A DNA stretch of 62,731 nucleotides, filler included, from an uncultured bacterium (GTDB lineage Bacteria; DYJV01), in NCBI GenBank assembly GCA_964543655.1. It is 4 parts of 4 records of this genome, joined end to end, with 100 filler letters (N's around TTAATTAATTAA, not from the genome) between each part and the next. Parts side by side here need not be neighbours in the genome. Positions count along the whole stretch, not along the records: positions 26,362 to 43,507 come from CAZIZE010000078.1; positions 43,608 to 58,114 come from CAZIZE010000082.1; 2 more parts are not named here. One strand, written 5' to 3'. The notes below the pieces were generated by a model that saw only the letters and a list, made by a program, of their open reading frames with translations, was not told where the DNA came from and did no database searches. Below, one piece after another: positions 40,225 to 50,765 of this stretch (positions within the stretch are counted from its first letter, which is position 1; the number at the start of each line of letters is the position of its first letter). A program made the translations under genes and the position numbers.

Positions 40225-40967
40225 CCATTACAACAGATTTTGGTCATTCCCTATTTGTTGGGATAATGAAAGGGGTTATTCTTTCAATTTGCCAAAATGC
40301 AACAATTGTTGATATAGCACATAATATTGAAAAATTTAACATTTCTCAGGCAAGTTTTATTCTCTCTTCCTCATACTCATATTTTCCTCAAAATAGCATT
40401 CATATTGCTGTTGTTGACCCTGGTGTTGGAAGCAATAGAAAGAGCATTGTAATAAAAACAGATAAATATTGGTTTGTTGGCCCTGATAATGGTATCTTCT
40501 CTTTTATTAAGGTAGAGAATATAAAGGCTATTTATGAAATAATATATAAACCCAAAAATCTTTCATCAACATTTCATGGTAGAGATATATTTGCTCCAGT
40601 TGCAGCAAATATAGCAAAAGCTCCGAATAATATAAATAAAATTTGCCAAAATATTAATTTAAAAGATACCTTTACTTTTGATACGTATAAACAACAAGAA
40701 AAAAGAGAAGTTATCTACATTGATGATTTTGGAAATATTATTTTAAATTTAAAAAAAGATGAGCTTGTTAATTATAAAAATTTTACAATTGAATATAAAA
40801 AACAGAAATTTGAAAAAATCTCTCAATCATACTCAGATGTGGTTAAAGGAGAGTTACTACTTTTAATAAACAGCCTTGGCTATGTTGAAATAGCCATGCG
40901 GGAAGGAAGTGCAGCTAAAAAATTAAATGCAAAAATTGGAGATGAATATTTTATTAGAAGCTGTTGA
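40209..40967 (+). CDS. SAM hydroxide adenosyltransferase / chlorinase-fluorinase family (DUF62)
   Basis: TTDFG, VVDPGVGS.R, GPDNG, STFHGRDIFAP, IDDFGNI. Confidence 0.9.
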   Translation: MSRILTITTDFGHSLFVGIMKGVILSICQNATIVDIAHNIEKFNISQASFILSSSYSYFPQNSIHIAVVDPGVGSNRKSIVIKTDKYWFVGPDNGIFSFIKVENIKAIYEIIYKPKNLSSTFHGRDIFAPVAANIAKAPNNINKICQNINLKDTFTFDTYKQQEKREVIYIDDFGNIILNLKKDELVNYKNFTIEYKKQKFEKISQSYSDVVKGELLLLINSLGYVEIAMREGSAAKKLNAKIGDEYFIRSC

Positions 40968-42813
40968 TGCTTATTTTAAAGATAATGGACTTTTAAAAAC
41001 AAATTTAAAAAATTTTGAATACAGAAAACCACAGCACGAAATTGCCCAAAAGTTTGCACAATTCTTTGAGGAAGGTGGCATATATTTAATAGAAGCTGGT
41101 ACTGGCATAGGTAAAACGTTTGCCTACCTTATTCCTGCAATTTTATCACAGAGAAAAGTTGTTATTTGCACAAAAAGCAAAAATTTACAGGAGCAGCTAT
41201 TTTTTAAAGATATTAGCACACTTAAAAATCTTATTCCTTTTCAATTTAAGTCAATTTTTATAAAAGGTAGAAATAATTACATTTGTTTAAATAAGCTTTC
41301 AAAATTATCAGTAAAAAATGTGTTTTTTAAAAATGAAACAATAGAAAAATTAACAGAGTGGGTAAAAAAAACGAATTTTGGCGACCTATCAGAGCTTGAA
41401 GAAAATATAGAGAATCTTTACTCTTTAAACATATCATCAACTTCTGATACATGCCTTGGGTCAAAATGTAAATTTTACAGAGAATGTTTTATATACAAAA
41501 TGAAGCTTGAAGCTGAAAAATCAGATATAATAATTGTTAATTATCATCTTCTATTTGCTGATTTTAAAATAAAAAATGAAGGTTTTGGCAAAGTTTTACC
41601 AGAATATCAATTTCTCATATGTGATGAAGCACACTCCATTGAGGATATTGCTACTGATTATTTTGGAGATGCAATATCAAAGTATAAAATTATTAATTTT
41701 TTAAATGAATTGCAGCAGATAAAAATTGACAACATTGAAACTTTTAGAAACAGCATTGAAGAGTTTTTTTTAATGTTTCAAAAATTACCAGAAAATACAA
41801 GGATTAATTTAGATAAAATTTTGGATAATAAAATTCTTCAAAAAGCAGATACTTTATTAAATGAAACATTGCTTTTAAAAAAAGAGTTAATAAAAAAAGA
41901 TGAATTTTTAAATCTTGCACAATTTAGTGAAAATTTTATAACCACTTTAAACAATATATTTTTTACAGAAGATTATGAAAATGTAAAATGGGTTGAAAAA
42001 TCTCAAAAAAATATTTCAATTAAATATTCACCTGTTGATGTTTCTATGCATTTAAAAGAATTTTTTTACAACCTAAAAGGTGTTGCCTTTACTTCTGCCA
42101 CTCTTGCAATTAACAACAGCTTTCAATTTTTCAAACAGCGGATTGGAATAGAGGAAGTCGACCTGGAAGCTATTTATCCATCAATTTTTAATTATAAAAA
42201 ACAGGCTGTGCTTTTTATTCCTGAAGATATTCCACTTCCTGATAAAGAGGATTTCCCGGATAAAATGGCAGAAATTTTAATTTCACTATTTAAAATAACT
42301 GATGGCAATGCTTTTGTGCTTTTTACAAATTTAAAAAATATGCACAATGTATATAACAAACTGAAAGGGAAAATAGAAAATAATATTTTTCTTCAAGGGA
42401 CTGAATCCAATTTTCAAATTTTAGAAAAATTCAAAAAAAATAAAAATTCTATTCTTTTTGGAAGTTTCTCGTTTTGGGAAGGCATAGATATTCAAGGTGA
42501 TGCACTTTCTCTTGTTGTAATTGAAAAACTTCCATTTGCTGTACCTACTGATCCATTGAAAAAATCAAGAATAGAGAAAATTAAAGAAAATGGAGAAAAT
42601 CCTTTTTTCTCATATCAGATACCTGAAGCTATTATGACTCTCAAACAGGGTATTGGCAGGCTTATTAGAAGTAACTCTGACAGGGGAATAATTGCTATTT
42701 TTGATAAAAGAATTGTAAAAAAATCTTATGGCAAAAGATTTCTGAAAAATCTACCTGAAATGAATATTTTTACAAAAGTTGATGATTTAAAAATTTTTGA
42801 TTTTAAGCTTTAG
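40927..42813 (+). CDS. DinG/YoaA-family ATP-dependent helicase
   Basis: EAGTGIGKT, KGRNNYIC, Fe-S cysteines, DEAH, TSATL, FWEGID, QGIGRLIR. Confidence 0.92.
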   Translation: MQKLEMNILLEAVDAYFKDNGLLKTNLKNFEYRKPQHEIAQKFAQFFEEGGIYLIEAGTGIGKTFAYLIPAILSQRKVVICTKSKNLQEQLFFKDISTLKNLIPFQFKSIFIKGRNNYICLNKLSKLSVKNVFFKNETIEKLTEWVKKTNFGDLSELEENIENLYSLNISSTSDTCLGSKCKFYRECFIYKMKLEAEKSDIIIVNYHLLFADFKIKNEGFGKVLPEYQFLICDEAHSIEDIATDYFGDAISKYKIINFLNELQQIKIDNIETFRNSIEEFFLMFQKLPENTRINLDKILDNKILQKADTLLNETLLLKKELIKKDEFLNLAQFSENFITTLNNIFFTEDYENVKWVEKSQKNISIKYSPVDVSMHLKEFFYNLKGVAFTSATLAINNSFQFFKQRIGIEEVDLEAIYPSIFNYKKQAVLFIPEDIPLPDKEDFPDKMAEILISLFKITDGNAFVLFTNLKNMHNVYNKLKGKIENNIFLQGTESNFQILEKFKKNKNSILFGSFSFWEGIDIQGDALSLVVIEKLPFAVPTDPLKKSRIEKIKENGENPFFSYQIPEAIMTLKQGIGRLIRSNSDRGIIAIFDKRIVKKSYGKRFLKNLPEMNIFTKVDDLKIFDFKL

Positions 42814-42915
42814 AATTTTCAAAAGTATTTCGATTTAATGATAATATGCTTTTTCTTTTGAAATAGCAAAAAGAGCTGCTATTTTATAATTTTTTTTACC
42901 TCGAACTTTAAACTA

Positions 42916-43036
42916 ATATAAAACCAATCTTAAATAAAGAGATTTTTCAGGCTAAAGCCTTCAAAATAACTGCTTCTGTGGCAAATAGAAGCACTTGTAA
43001 AAAAAATGCTGTTAGATTTCACATTTGTTTTTGGAT
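42916..43036. mobile_element. 121-bp copy of the MITE-like element (degenerate TIRs)
   Basis: ATATAAAACCAA...GATTTTTCAGGCTAAAGCCTTCAAAATAACTGCTTCTGTGGCAAATAGAAGCACTTGTAAAAAAAATGCTGTTAGATTT...TTGTTTTTGGAT; collinear with the reverse complement of 16088-16208. Confidence 0.65.
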
Positions 43037-43051
43037 TATAAATTTTTTCGA

Positions 43052-43507
43052 TCAATTAATAAGTTCAGCTATATCGACACTAATTCCATCTTTAACTTTT
43101 TTATAATAAATAATTTTAACTTCAATTTTTTCATTAAGATTTTTCTTTATTTTATATGTTTCAGGTTTAATGCTAACAGGAATATTTCCTATAAACCCAT
43201 CTATCCCCATAGATTCTTCTTCTGGATTTGCCAACCGATATTCTTGATTTAAAATTTTAGATATTTTAATTAGAATAGCTTCTTGAAATCTCAATCCAAT
43301 AAATGTTTTAATAATTACAAGATCATGAACCCATTTTTCTACAAGTTCCCTATCAATTTGATTCATGACATCTTTGAAATTATTTATCATGTCTATTACT
43401 TTATCCGTAGCTCTTCTTATAGCATCAGGATGCTTTTTAAGATACCATTTTTCCCACTCTTCTATTGATTTTCCAGAAAATTCTTGTATTAATTCACTCA
43501 TTTGCCC
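43052..43507 (-). CDS. MjaI-family restriction endonuclease (5' end lost in gap)
   Basis: GQMSELIQEF...EEWEKWY...WVHDLVIIKTFIGL...EEESMGIDGFI...VSIKP. Confidence 0.78.
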   Translation of the reverse strand, partial: GQMSELIQEFSGKSIEEWEKWYLKKHPDAIRRATDKVIDMINNFKDVMNQIDRELVEKWVHDLVIIKTFIGLRFQEAILIKISKILNQEYRLANPEEESMGIDGFIGNIPVSIKPETYKIKKNLNEKIEVKIIYYKKVKDGISVDIAELIN

Positions 43508-43607
43508 NNNNNNNNNNNNNNNNNNNNNNNNNNNNNNNNNNNNNNNNNNNNTTAATTAATTAANNNNNNNNNNNNNNNNNNNNNNNNNNNNNNNNNNNNN
43601 NNNNNNN
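43508..43607. other. Assembly gap with artificial linker
   Basis: N44-TTAATTAATTAA-N44. Confidence 0.97.
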
Positions 43608-43850
43608 AGATTAAAAAAAATGATATATTTAATCAATGGAGTGTCACCAACACCATCAGCAGAAGAATTGGTAAAAATTGTGAAAAAGAAAATTCCAGGT
43701 ACAGATGTTATTTTTTATGCTGAAAAATCTATTTCAGATATTTTAGAAGTTTTATCTAAAAAAATTGATGATTCAAATGCAAGAAAAGAGTGGGGATGGT
43801 CTCCTGAATTTGACAAATATGAAAAAATTGTCGAGGAATTTTTAGAATGA
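43608..43850 (+). CDS. C-terminal fragment of an NAD-dependent epimerase/dehydratase (SDR)
   Basis: Y.ING...SAEEL...IDDSNARKEWGWSP typical of an extended-SDR C-terminus; 5' part in gap. Confidence 0.65.
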   Translation, partial: RLKKMIYLINGVSPTPSAEELVKIVKKKIPGTDVIFYAEKSISDILEVLSKKIDDSNARKEWGWSPEFDKYEKIVEEFLE

Positions 43851-44875
43851 GAGCATACAGAATTTTAAAATGGAAAGGTGGTGGTAAATTTATTCACAAT
43901 ATGGAAAAACCTTCACCAGATTATGGAGAGGTTTTATTAAAAGTGGTTGCAAATGGAATTTGCCAATCTGATCTGCATCTAATGTATCACTGGGAAGCAT
44001 CTCCTCCTCACCTAAAAATAAACCTTCCAATGACTATTGGCCATGAAATAGCAGGGTATGTTGAAGAAATTGGCAAAGGTGTAAAGGGTATAGAAAAAGG
44101 TATGAACTGTGTTGTAACAATTTCAGGATGTGGAAATTGTTATTACTGTGTTAAAGGGTTTAACAATTATTGCCCTTTTAAGCCAGCACAACCTGGCATG
44201 GGGCGGGATGGAGGTCTTGCAGATTATGTGGTTGCACAGGCTGAAAGTATTGTTCCTATAGAAGATGTTGACTTATGTAAAGCAGCACCTCTAACAGATG
44301 CAGGACTTAGCTCTTATCATGCAATAAAAAGAGTAAAAGAGCTTTTGTATCCAGGTGCTAATACTATTGTAATAGGAGTTGGTGGTCTTGGACATATGGC
44401 AGTAATGATATTAAAAGCTCTTTATAAGGTAAATGTCATTGCTGTTGATATTTCTGAGAAAGCTCTCAATCTTGCTAAAGAGCTTGGGGCTGATTTTGTT
44501 TTTGAATTTAGAAAAAATAGTTTTGAAAATATTAAAAATGCTGTTGGAAAAAGAGATATTCATTCAGTTTTTGATTTTGTAGGTAGTGGTGAAACTATTT
44601 CATTAGCAGCAAGGATAATATCTTCACTTGGGCATATAGTTGTTGTTGGTAGAGGTGATGGAGTGTTTCATTTTAAACATAACTCAATGCCTTATGGTGC
44701 TTTTTTAAGTACTACCTTTGGTGGAACAAAGGGAGAGTTAGTAGAGTTAATCAACCTATTAAAAATGGGAGCTATTGAGCCTGTAATAGAGAAGTACCAG
44801 TTAAATGAAGTTGAATTAGCTTTTGAAAAACTTAAAAAAGGAGAAGTTAAGGGACGGGCAGTTATTAAAGTTTAA
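43847..44875 (+). CDS. Zn-dependent alcohol dehydrogenase
   Basis: GICQSDLH, GHE, CGNCYYC...C, GVGGLG. Confidence 0.92.
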   Translation: MRAYRILKWKGGGKFIHNMEKPSPDYGEVLLKVVANGICQSDLHLMYHWEASPPHLKINLPMTIGHEIAGYVEEIGKGVKGIEKGMNCVVTISGCGNCYYCVKGFNNYCPFKPAQPGMGRDGGLADYVVAQAESIVPIEDVDLCKAAPLTDAGLSSYHAIKRVKELLYPGANTIVIGVGGLGHMAVMILKALYKVNVIAVDISEKALNLAKELGADFVFEFRKNSFENIKNAVGKRDIHSVFDFVGSGETISLAARIISSLGHIVVVGRGDGVFHFKHNSMPYGAFLSTTFGGTKGELVELINLLKMGAIEPVIEKYQLNEVELAFEKLKKGEVKGRAVIKV

Positions 44876-45503
44876 TGTTTAAAATTTCCAATAATTGAAT
44901 ATGGTCATCAATTCTTGTGCAGTTCTCAATACTTATTTTATAACCGATAAATTTGATTTTAGCACTTTTTGATGCCTGAAAATCTACCATAGAATCACCA
45001 ATAAAAATAGTATGAAAAGGTTTTAAGTTATTTCTTTCTACTAAAAGATTTAACATATCTGGATGAGGCTTGGGGTGCTTAACGTCAAGAGTTGTAACAT
45101 AGTCATCAATTACCTTACTTAGACCAAAAAATTTTAATATACCAGCAAAAGAGATGCTTCTATTTGTGGCAACAGCTATTTTAATTTTATTTTCCTTTAA
45201 AACATTGCAACATTTAAAAAAATTTTTCTCTATTTCCATATAGTTATAAAATTTAGAATAATCAACAGTTTTAGAGTATTTTATAATTTTTTGCTGCAAA
45301 GCTTTGTTTTGTATAAAATATTTAAAAACCTCATCATTTGAATATGTATGCAACACTTTCATATGCTCAGGATTTGACTCTGATACAGGTGGTATGTTAA
45401 ACTTTTTTAAAATATAATTGTAATATTCTAAATTAGCTTTTTTAGATTCAAATATTACACCATCACAGTCATAAATTACCATTTTTACATCTTTCACTAC
45501 CAT
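44865..45503 (-). CDS. HAD-family phosphatase
   Basis: YDCDGVI, VATNR, KPHPD, FIGDS..D. Confidence 0.88.
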   Translation of the reverse strand: MVVKDVKMVIYDCDGVIFESKKANLEYYNYILKKFNIPPVSESNPEHMKVLHTYSNDEVFKYFIQNKALQQKIIKYSKTVDYSKFYNYMEIEKNFFKCCNVLKENKIKIAVATNRSISFAGILKFFGLSKVIDDYVTTLDVKHPKPHPDMLNLLVERNNLKPFHTIFIGDSMVDFQASKSAKIKFIGYKISIENCTRIDDHIQLLEILNIKL

Positions 45504-46543
45504 AGCTCCTTTCCTACAATAACATAATCAAAGCATGCATGAATTTTTATTTCATTTACACCAAAACTATTATCCTTTGGAAAAGGTGGATAATCAGCAG
45601 CTTCTTTTATTGCTTTAATTGCTTCTTTATCAAGAATAGCTGCACCTGATGATTTAAGTAATTTAACATTTACAAGGTGACCATATTTATTTATTGTAAA
45701 TTTTACAAAAACTCTTCCGCCAATGCCCATTTCACCTGCAAGAGGTGGATATTCCCACACGAGTTCTATTTTTCTTTTTACTTTATGCAAATATGAAGCA
45801 AATCTACTTGATTGAGTTGAGATTGAAACAGAATCGCTAATATCAATATCATCAGGATATATGTGAGAAGGCTGAAATATATTAGGTGATAAGGTTTTTA
45901 CATCTGATTCTTTAAATTCTTTGTTTGGTTGTTTATTAGATTTTTTACTCTTCTCTGTTTTTTTATTAGATTTTACTCTTTTTTCAGGTGTAAATAATCC
46001 CTTTTCCAATATCTCTTTGTAATTTGGGGTAATTTTGTTAAGAGCAATAACAGTTTTCTTTTTTACAATTTTTTTTCTTATTACTTTTTTTCTAATTTTA
46101 GCTGTTTTTACCTTTTTCTTTACAATCTTCTTTACAATTTTCTTCTTTACAATCTTTTTGGGTTTTGTTACTTTTCTTTTCCTCTGTTTCTGCTGTTTTT
46201 TAGCAACTACTTTATTATTGTATAATGTGGGAATTTTTTCTGTAACAACAATAGATTTTTTTTGAGGTATTTTAGGCTTAGATTTAATTAGAGGAGTGTT
46301 TTTCCTTGTTTGTTTCTTGGCTAAATGTGATTTTTGGGCAATAAATTTACTTTTAACCTTTTTTTTGGTCTCTGGAGTATTATCCGGGAGATCTATAAAT
46401 CTGATCTTTGTTGGCTCATTTTTTTTTATAGTAACAATTTTATTATTTTTAAAAAGAGTGTTTTCTTTTATTGTAAAAAATAGTAATATGTGTAATAAAA
46501 TAGATATTAATAAAAAAAGGATAAATTTGTAATCTTTTGTCAT
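45497..46543 (-). CDS. TonB-family protein with Lys-rich linker
   Basis: N-terminal TM with SILLH; TonB C-domain WEYP..A...G.V.V.FTI...G......SSG..ILD..A. Confidence 0.82.
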   Translation of the reverse strand: MTKDYKFILFLLISILLHILLFFTIKENTLFKNNKIVTIKKNEPTKIRFIDLPDNTPETKKKVKSKFIAQKSHLAKKQTRKNTPLIKSKPKIPQKKSIVVTEKIPTLYNNKVVAKKQQKQRKRKVTKPKKIVKKKIVKKIVKKKVKTAKIRKKVIRKKIVKKKTVIALNKITPNYKEILEKGLFTPEKRVKSNKKTEKSKKSNKQPNKEFKESDVKTLSPNIFQPSHIYPDDIDISDSVSISTQSSRFASYLHKVKRKIELVWEYPPLAGEMGIGGRVFVKFTINKYGHLVNVKLLKSSGAAILDKEAIKAIKEAADYPPFPKDNSFGVNEIKIHACFDYVIVGKELW

Positions 46544-47501
46544 GGTTAAAAAATCTCACAACTCCACAAAATTATCAACAGAAAAGTTATTAAATTCTTT
46601 TAAAGTTTACTTAAAATTTATAAAAAATTATTCATCACATACAGTTGATTCATATATTAGAGATATTAATCAGTTTACACTATTTTTAAATAAGATAGGT
46701 ATTGATGTGATTAATGCAACTTATGATGAAGTGTCAAGGTTTATATATTTTTTACTTTCAGAGGAGAAACTTGAAAAAAATTCTGTTAATAGAAAAATTT
46801 CTGCAATAAAACATTTTTATCAGTATTTGTACAAAGAAAAAATATTGGATAAAAATCCTGCTTTTAATATTCAATATCAGAAACAGGATAAGAAAATACC
46901 AACATATCTCAATATAGATGAAGTTTATGCACTTCTTGAGTATAAAGATGAAAATATTAAAAAAACAGAGCAATTTTACAGAGATAACGCTATTCTCGAG
47001 CTAATATATTCATCAGGTATTAGGGTAAGTGAAGTAGTTGGATTAAATATTGAAGATATTGATTTTGATGAAAATGTTATGAGGATACGTGGCAAGGGTA
47101 GTAAGGAGCGGTTTGTTATCTTTAATGATAATGCTAAAAAAAAATTAAAAAATTATTTAAAAATTCGAAAAAATGTTTTAAAAGAAAAAGTAAACAGGGA
47201 ATTTGTTACACCTGTTTTTACTAATTTAAAAGGTAAAAGAATTACACCACGAGCTATTCAGATGATGATAAAAGATAGAGCAGCTAAAGCTAATATTAAC
47301 AAAAAAGTGACACCTCATGTTTTAAGGCATTCATTTGCATCTCATTTACTTAATCAAGGTATGGATATTAGAATGATTCAATCATTGTTAGGCCATTCTT
47401 CATTATCAACCACGCAGATTTATACACATATTAGTATAGATAAATTAATTGAAGTTTATGATAAATCTCATCCAAAAGCAGGAATCAATGAAGCAGATTA
47501 A
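46542..47501 (+). CDS. xerC: XerC/XerD-type tyrosine recombinase
   Basis: [43 protein letters not shown]. Confidence 0.82.
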   Translation: MVKKSHNSTKLSTEKLLNSFKVYLKFIKNYSSHTVDSYIRDINQFTLFLNKIGIDVINATYDEVSRFIYFLLSEEKLEKNSVNRKISAIKHFYQYLYKEKILDKNPAFNIQYQKQDKKIPTYLNIDEVYALLEYKDENIKKTEQFYRDNAILELIYSSGIRVSEVVGLNIEDIDFDENVMRIRGKGSKERFVIFNDNAKKKLKNYLKIRKNVLKEKVNREFVTPVFTNLKGKRITPRAIQMMIKDRAAKANINKKVTPHVLRHSFASHLLNQGMDIRMIQSLLGHSSLSTTQIYTHISIDKLIEVYDKSHPKAGINEAD

Positions 47502-48165
47502 AATTTTTATAATTTTTCTTATAATTTTTATATCTGGTTGTGCAACTAAGCGAAGTTATTACATATATCATGCCCCAACCAAGCCAATGAAAGCATATGT
47601 GGGGTATCAGGAGACAGGTATTGCCTCATGGTATGGAAGTGATTTTCATGGCAGACCAACTGCAAGTGGTGAAATATACAACATGTATGCAATGACAGCA
47701 GCACATAAAACATTGCCACTTGGCACCTATGTAAAGGTTACAAATCTCGAAAATGGTAGGTCTGTTATTGTGAAAATCAATGATAGGGGACCTTTTGTAA
47801 AAGGAAGAATTATAGATTTAACTTACGCTGCTGCTAAAAAACTTGGTATGGCCAAAAAAGGGATAGCAAGGGTTAGAATTACAGTTGTTAAATCTCCATT
47901 TTTATATAAAAATAGCAGGTTTCACTACTCTCGCTACTATGCAGTACAAATAGCATCTTTTACCATTTACTCCAATGCTAAAAGTTTTAAAAAGATTTTA
48001 TCAAGATATTTTATAAAAACTTATATAAAATCCACATATGTTAATGGTAGAAAATTTTATAGAGTTTTAATTGGCAATTACAGGAGGAGGTCCTCTGCTG
48101 AAAAAATTTTAAAAAAGGCTCTAAAGCTTGGATATGATGGCTTTATCATAGAAATAGATAGGTGA
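47488..48165 (+). CDS. rlpA: RlpA lytic transglycosylase lipoprotein with SPOR domain
   Basis: Lipobox [32 protein letters not shown]-terminal SPOR. Confidence 0.9.
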   Translation: MKQIKIFIIFLIIFISGCATKRSYYIYHAPTKPMKAYVGYQETGIASWYGSDFHGRPTASGEIYNMYAMTAAHKTLPLGTYVKVTNLENGRSVIVKINDRGPFVKGRIIDLTYAAAKKLGMAKKGIARVRITVVKSPFLYKNSRFHYSRYYAVQIASFTIYSNAKSFKKILSRYFIKTYIKSTYVNGRKFYRVLIGNYRRRSSAEKILKKALKLGYDGFIIEIDR

Positions 48166-49247
48166 AAATGAATATTACTTTTAATTATTTAAGTAGTAGA
48201 GGTAAAGATTTTTTTTTAAAAGTTAAGGGGAAAAGTTCAATTTTTTTATGCACCATAGCACACACGGAAACATGTGAAATCCCCGGTATATCAGCAGCGG
48301 GAGCCAATACTGATTTGATTAAATTTACTGCTGCTGCTGATGTTGAAGCTATATATTATGGTAAAGCCAAATGCCTGGCTGCTGTGCCAGAAAATCCTCT
48401 TGGCCCACCTTCACCTGTAATAATATCAATAGCAGCGCTAAATATTTTGAATATTCCATACTTTCCAATTAATGCAGGATTAAAAGTAAAGCCAGTTACA
48501 CCTTTAATTGAAATAAATGATAATTTTGGCAAGAGCCTTGAAAAGGGCAAAGCTCTTATTGAGTTTGATTTTGAAAATATTTTTGAAAAGGTTAAAGCTC
48601 TTGCTGAGCATATTTCGAAATCTTTTGAATTTGTAATTCTTGGTGAAAGTGTTCCAGGAGGCACCACCACAGCACTTGCTCTTATTGAAGCTTTTGGCTA
48701 CAATGGTTTTAATAAAATTTGTGGTAGTATGCCTGGAAATAACCATGATTTGAAAATTAATGTAGTTAAAAAAGCTTTGAAATATATTAGTAATAATGAT
48801 GAACCTTTTGAAATTGTTAAGAAAATAGCTGACCCAATGCAACCTATTCAGGCAATATTATCCATTGAGCTTGCAAAGAGAGGCGTTCTGGTACTACTTG
48901 CTGGTGGTACGCAGATGGTTGCTGTTGCAACGTTAATTAAGCATATTAATTCTGATAATTCTATTTATGAAAATCTTGCTATTTCCACAACCAAATGGGT
49001 TACTTTTGATAAAGACTCTGATATTATAGGGTTAATGGAAAATATAGATTTGAAAATTCCTTTAATTACTTCAATGCTGAATTTTGAGACCTCAAAGTAT
49101 GAAAATTTACGTTTATATGAAAAAGGGTATGTAAAAGAAGGTGTTGGAGCAGGTGGTTTATCTGCTGTTTTATTTAATGAAAAGGGTATATCAAATAGTG
49201 AATTTTTAGAAGAAATAGAGAGAGTTTATAAAAATATTTATGGATAG
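48162..49247 (+). CDS. cobT: Archaeal/cyanobacterial-type nicotinate-nucleotide phosphoribosyltransferase CobT
   Basis: [43 protein letters not shown]. Confidence 0.85.
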   Translation: MKMNITFNYLSSRGKDFFLKVKGKSSIFLCTIAHTETCEIPGISAAGANTDLIKFTAAADVEAIYYGKAKCLAAVPENPLGPPSPVIISIAALNILNIPYFPINAGLKVKPVTPLIEINDNFGKSLEKGKALIEFDFENIFEKVKALAEHISKSFEFVILGESVPGGTTTALALIEAFGYNGFNKICGSMPGNNHDLKINVVKKALKYISNNDEPFEIVKKIADPMQPIQAILSIELAKRGVLVLLAGGTQMVAVATLIKHINSDNSIYENLAISTTKWVTFDKDSDIIGLMENIDLKIPLITSMLNFETSKYENLRLYEKGYVKEGVGAGGLSAVLFNEKGISNSEFLEEIERVYKNIYG

Positions 49248-49929
49248 AGTTAAAATCCTTATTAATGATAAATCTCTTTCCAAAATTCAATCAGCAAAAA
49301 TCTTAATAGTTGGAGTTGGTGGCGTTGGCTCCAATGTTGCAGAATCTCTTGTAAGAAATGGTTTTAAAAATATAACTCTTGTTGATGCAGATAAGGTTGA
49401 TATTTCTAATTTTAACAGGCATGCAATTGGTTTTAAAAAATATTTAAATTGGTTTAAATGCCATGCAATGAAAGCTCTTTTAATGGAGATTTATGATGAT
49501 ATTGATATTACCTGTATAACTGAGAGGTTTAATTTTGAAAATAAAGAATTGATTCTAAGGAATGATTACGATTTTGTTGTTGATGCAATAGATAAACTTT
49601 CTGATAAAATTGAACTAATTTTGCAATGTTTAAATAAAAAATTAAATATTATTAGTGCTATGGGAGCAGGTGGTAAAATAAATCCAGAAAATATTAAAAT
49701 ATCAGATTTTGGAGAAGCTTATGGAGATAGGTTGTTAAAAAGAGTAAAAAAAAATTTAAAAAAGCATGGAATAGAGGAAGGATTTCCTGTTGTATACTGT
49801 ATTGAAGAGACCAGATATATAAAAGTCAACAATAGTAAAATTATTGGGTCATGTGCACATATCCCTGGAATTTTTGGGCATTTAATTTCAGGTTACATTT
49901 TTAATTATTTTGTTGAACAATCTTTATAA
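49240..49929 (+). CDS. tcdA: ThiF-family tRNA threonylcarbamoyladenosine dehydratase
   Basis: GVGGVGS, DADKVDISNFNR, VVDAID, ISAMGAGGK. Confidence 0.78.
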   Translation: MDRVKILINDKSLSKIQSAKILIVGVGGVGSNVAESLVRNGFKNITLVDADKVDISNFNRHAIGFKKYLNWFKCHAMKALLMEIYDDIDITCITERFNFENKELILRNDYDFVVDAIDKLSDKIELILQCLNKKLNIISAMGAGGKINPENIKISDFGEAYGDRLLKRVKKNLKKHGIEEGFPVVYCIEETRYIKVNNSKIIGSCAHIPGIFGHLISGYIFNYFVEQSL

Positions 49930-50764
49930 TAGAATGAATTTTTAAACTATTATCTATTTTTTCTCTGACATTTTCAGCCTCATTAACAGATTCAAAAGGA
50001 CCAAGAATTACCCTGTGCCATTGGTGAAATTTATTAATATAGCAAGGTATCCCTAAATCCCTAATTTTTTTCAGGATATTAACTGCTTTTTCTTTTAGCA
50101 AAAAAGCACCAGCCTGGACAATATAATTTGTTTTTAACTTTTTTTTAGAAATTAAACTACCTGGTATTCTATATGCAAGTACTCTACATGAATCTTCAAT
50201 TAAAGTTATAGTAACACTTTTTTCCATATTCATTGTAGTTGAAGCAGAAATAAAAGGGATAGATAGTATTGATGTGGGAACTCCTCCTTCATGCTGTTTT
50301 GCTATAATCCTATCATGCCAAACAACGTTGCATTTTTTTGTATCAACAATTTGTATATCTATTTCTATTGAATTTAATGAATAAATAGCTGCGAAAACTT
50401 TTTCATTGGAAACAACCTTACCATAAACAAGATAATCTGTTTTTAATGCATTTCCTATTTTTTTTATCTGTGCTTTATTATTAATATCAAGATTTTTTAT
50501 CTTTAATCTTTTTAAAATAAAGTCAACTGTTGATAATTCAATATCTTTAAAAGCCCTTACAGTGAGATGACTGTAAAAGCTGATTCTAACAAGTTTTGCA
50601 AGATCCTTATTTGTGGTTAAATTTGTAAATGGTAAAACTGCAATAGTTTTTACCCTATTTGGTGAAAAATTATCAGATGGAGGTAGAAATGAAGAATTTT
50701 TTACCAATCTACTGCATGAAATTAATAAAAAAAAGAGTAAAAAGGATAGATATAGTTTTTTCAT
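49901..50764 (-). CDS. Lipoprotein (DUF799/CsgG-like N-terminus) with C-terminal SPOR domain
   Basis: Lipobox LISC, TIAVLPFTN, YIVQAGAF...HRVILGPF. Confidence 0.7.
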   Translation of the reverse strand: MKKLYLSFLLFFLLISCSRLVKNSSFLPPSDNFSPNRVKTIAVLPFTNLTTNKDLAKLVRISFYSHLTVRAFKDIELSTVDFILKRLKIKNLDINNKAQIKKIGNALKTDYLVYGKVVSNEKVFAAIYSLNSIEIDIQIVDTKKCNVVWHDRIIAKQHEGGVPTSILSIPFISASTTMNMEKSVTITLIEDSCRVLAYRIPGSLISKKKLKTNYIVQAGAFLLKEKAVNILKKIRDLGIPCYINKFHQWHRVILGPFESVNEAENVREKIDNSLKIHSIIKIVQQNN

Positions 50765-50765
50765 T

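Noticed and set aside
40209-40967. Fluorinase/chlorinase natural-product pathway
   Set aside because: The TFHGRD motif and housekeeping context fit the common DUF62 SAM hydrolase
46542-47501. Tyrosine recombinase as a prophage, island or integron integrase
   Set aside because: XerC/D-like size and motifs, housekeeping neighbours, no att sites or cassettes seen
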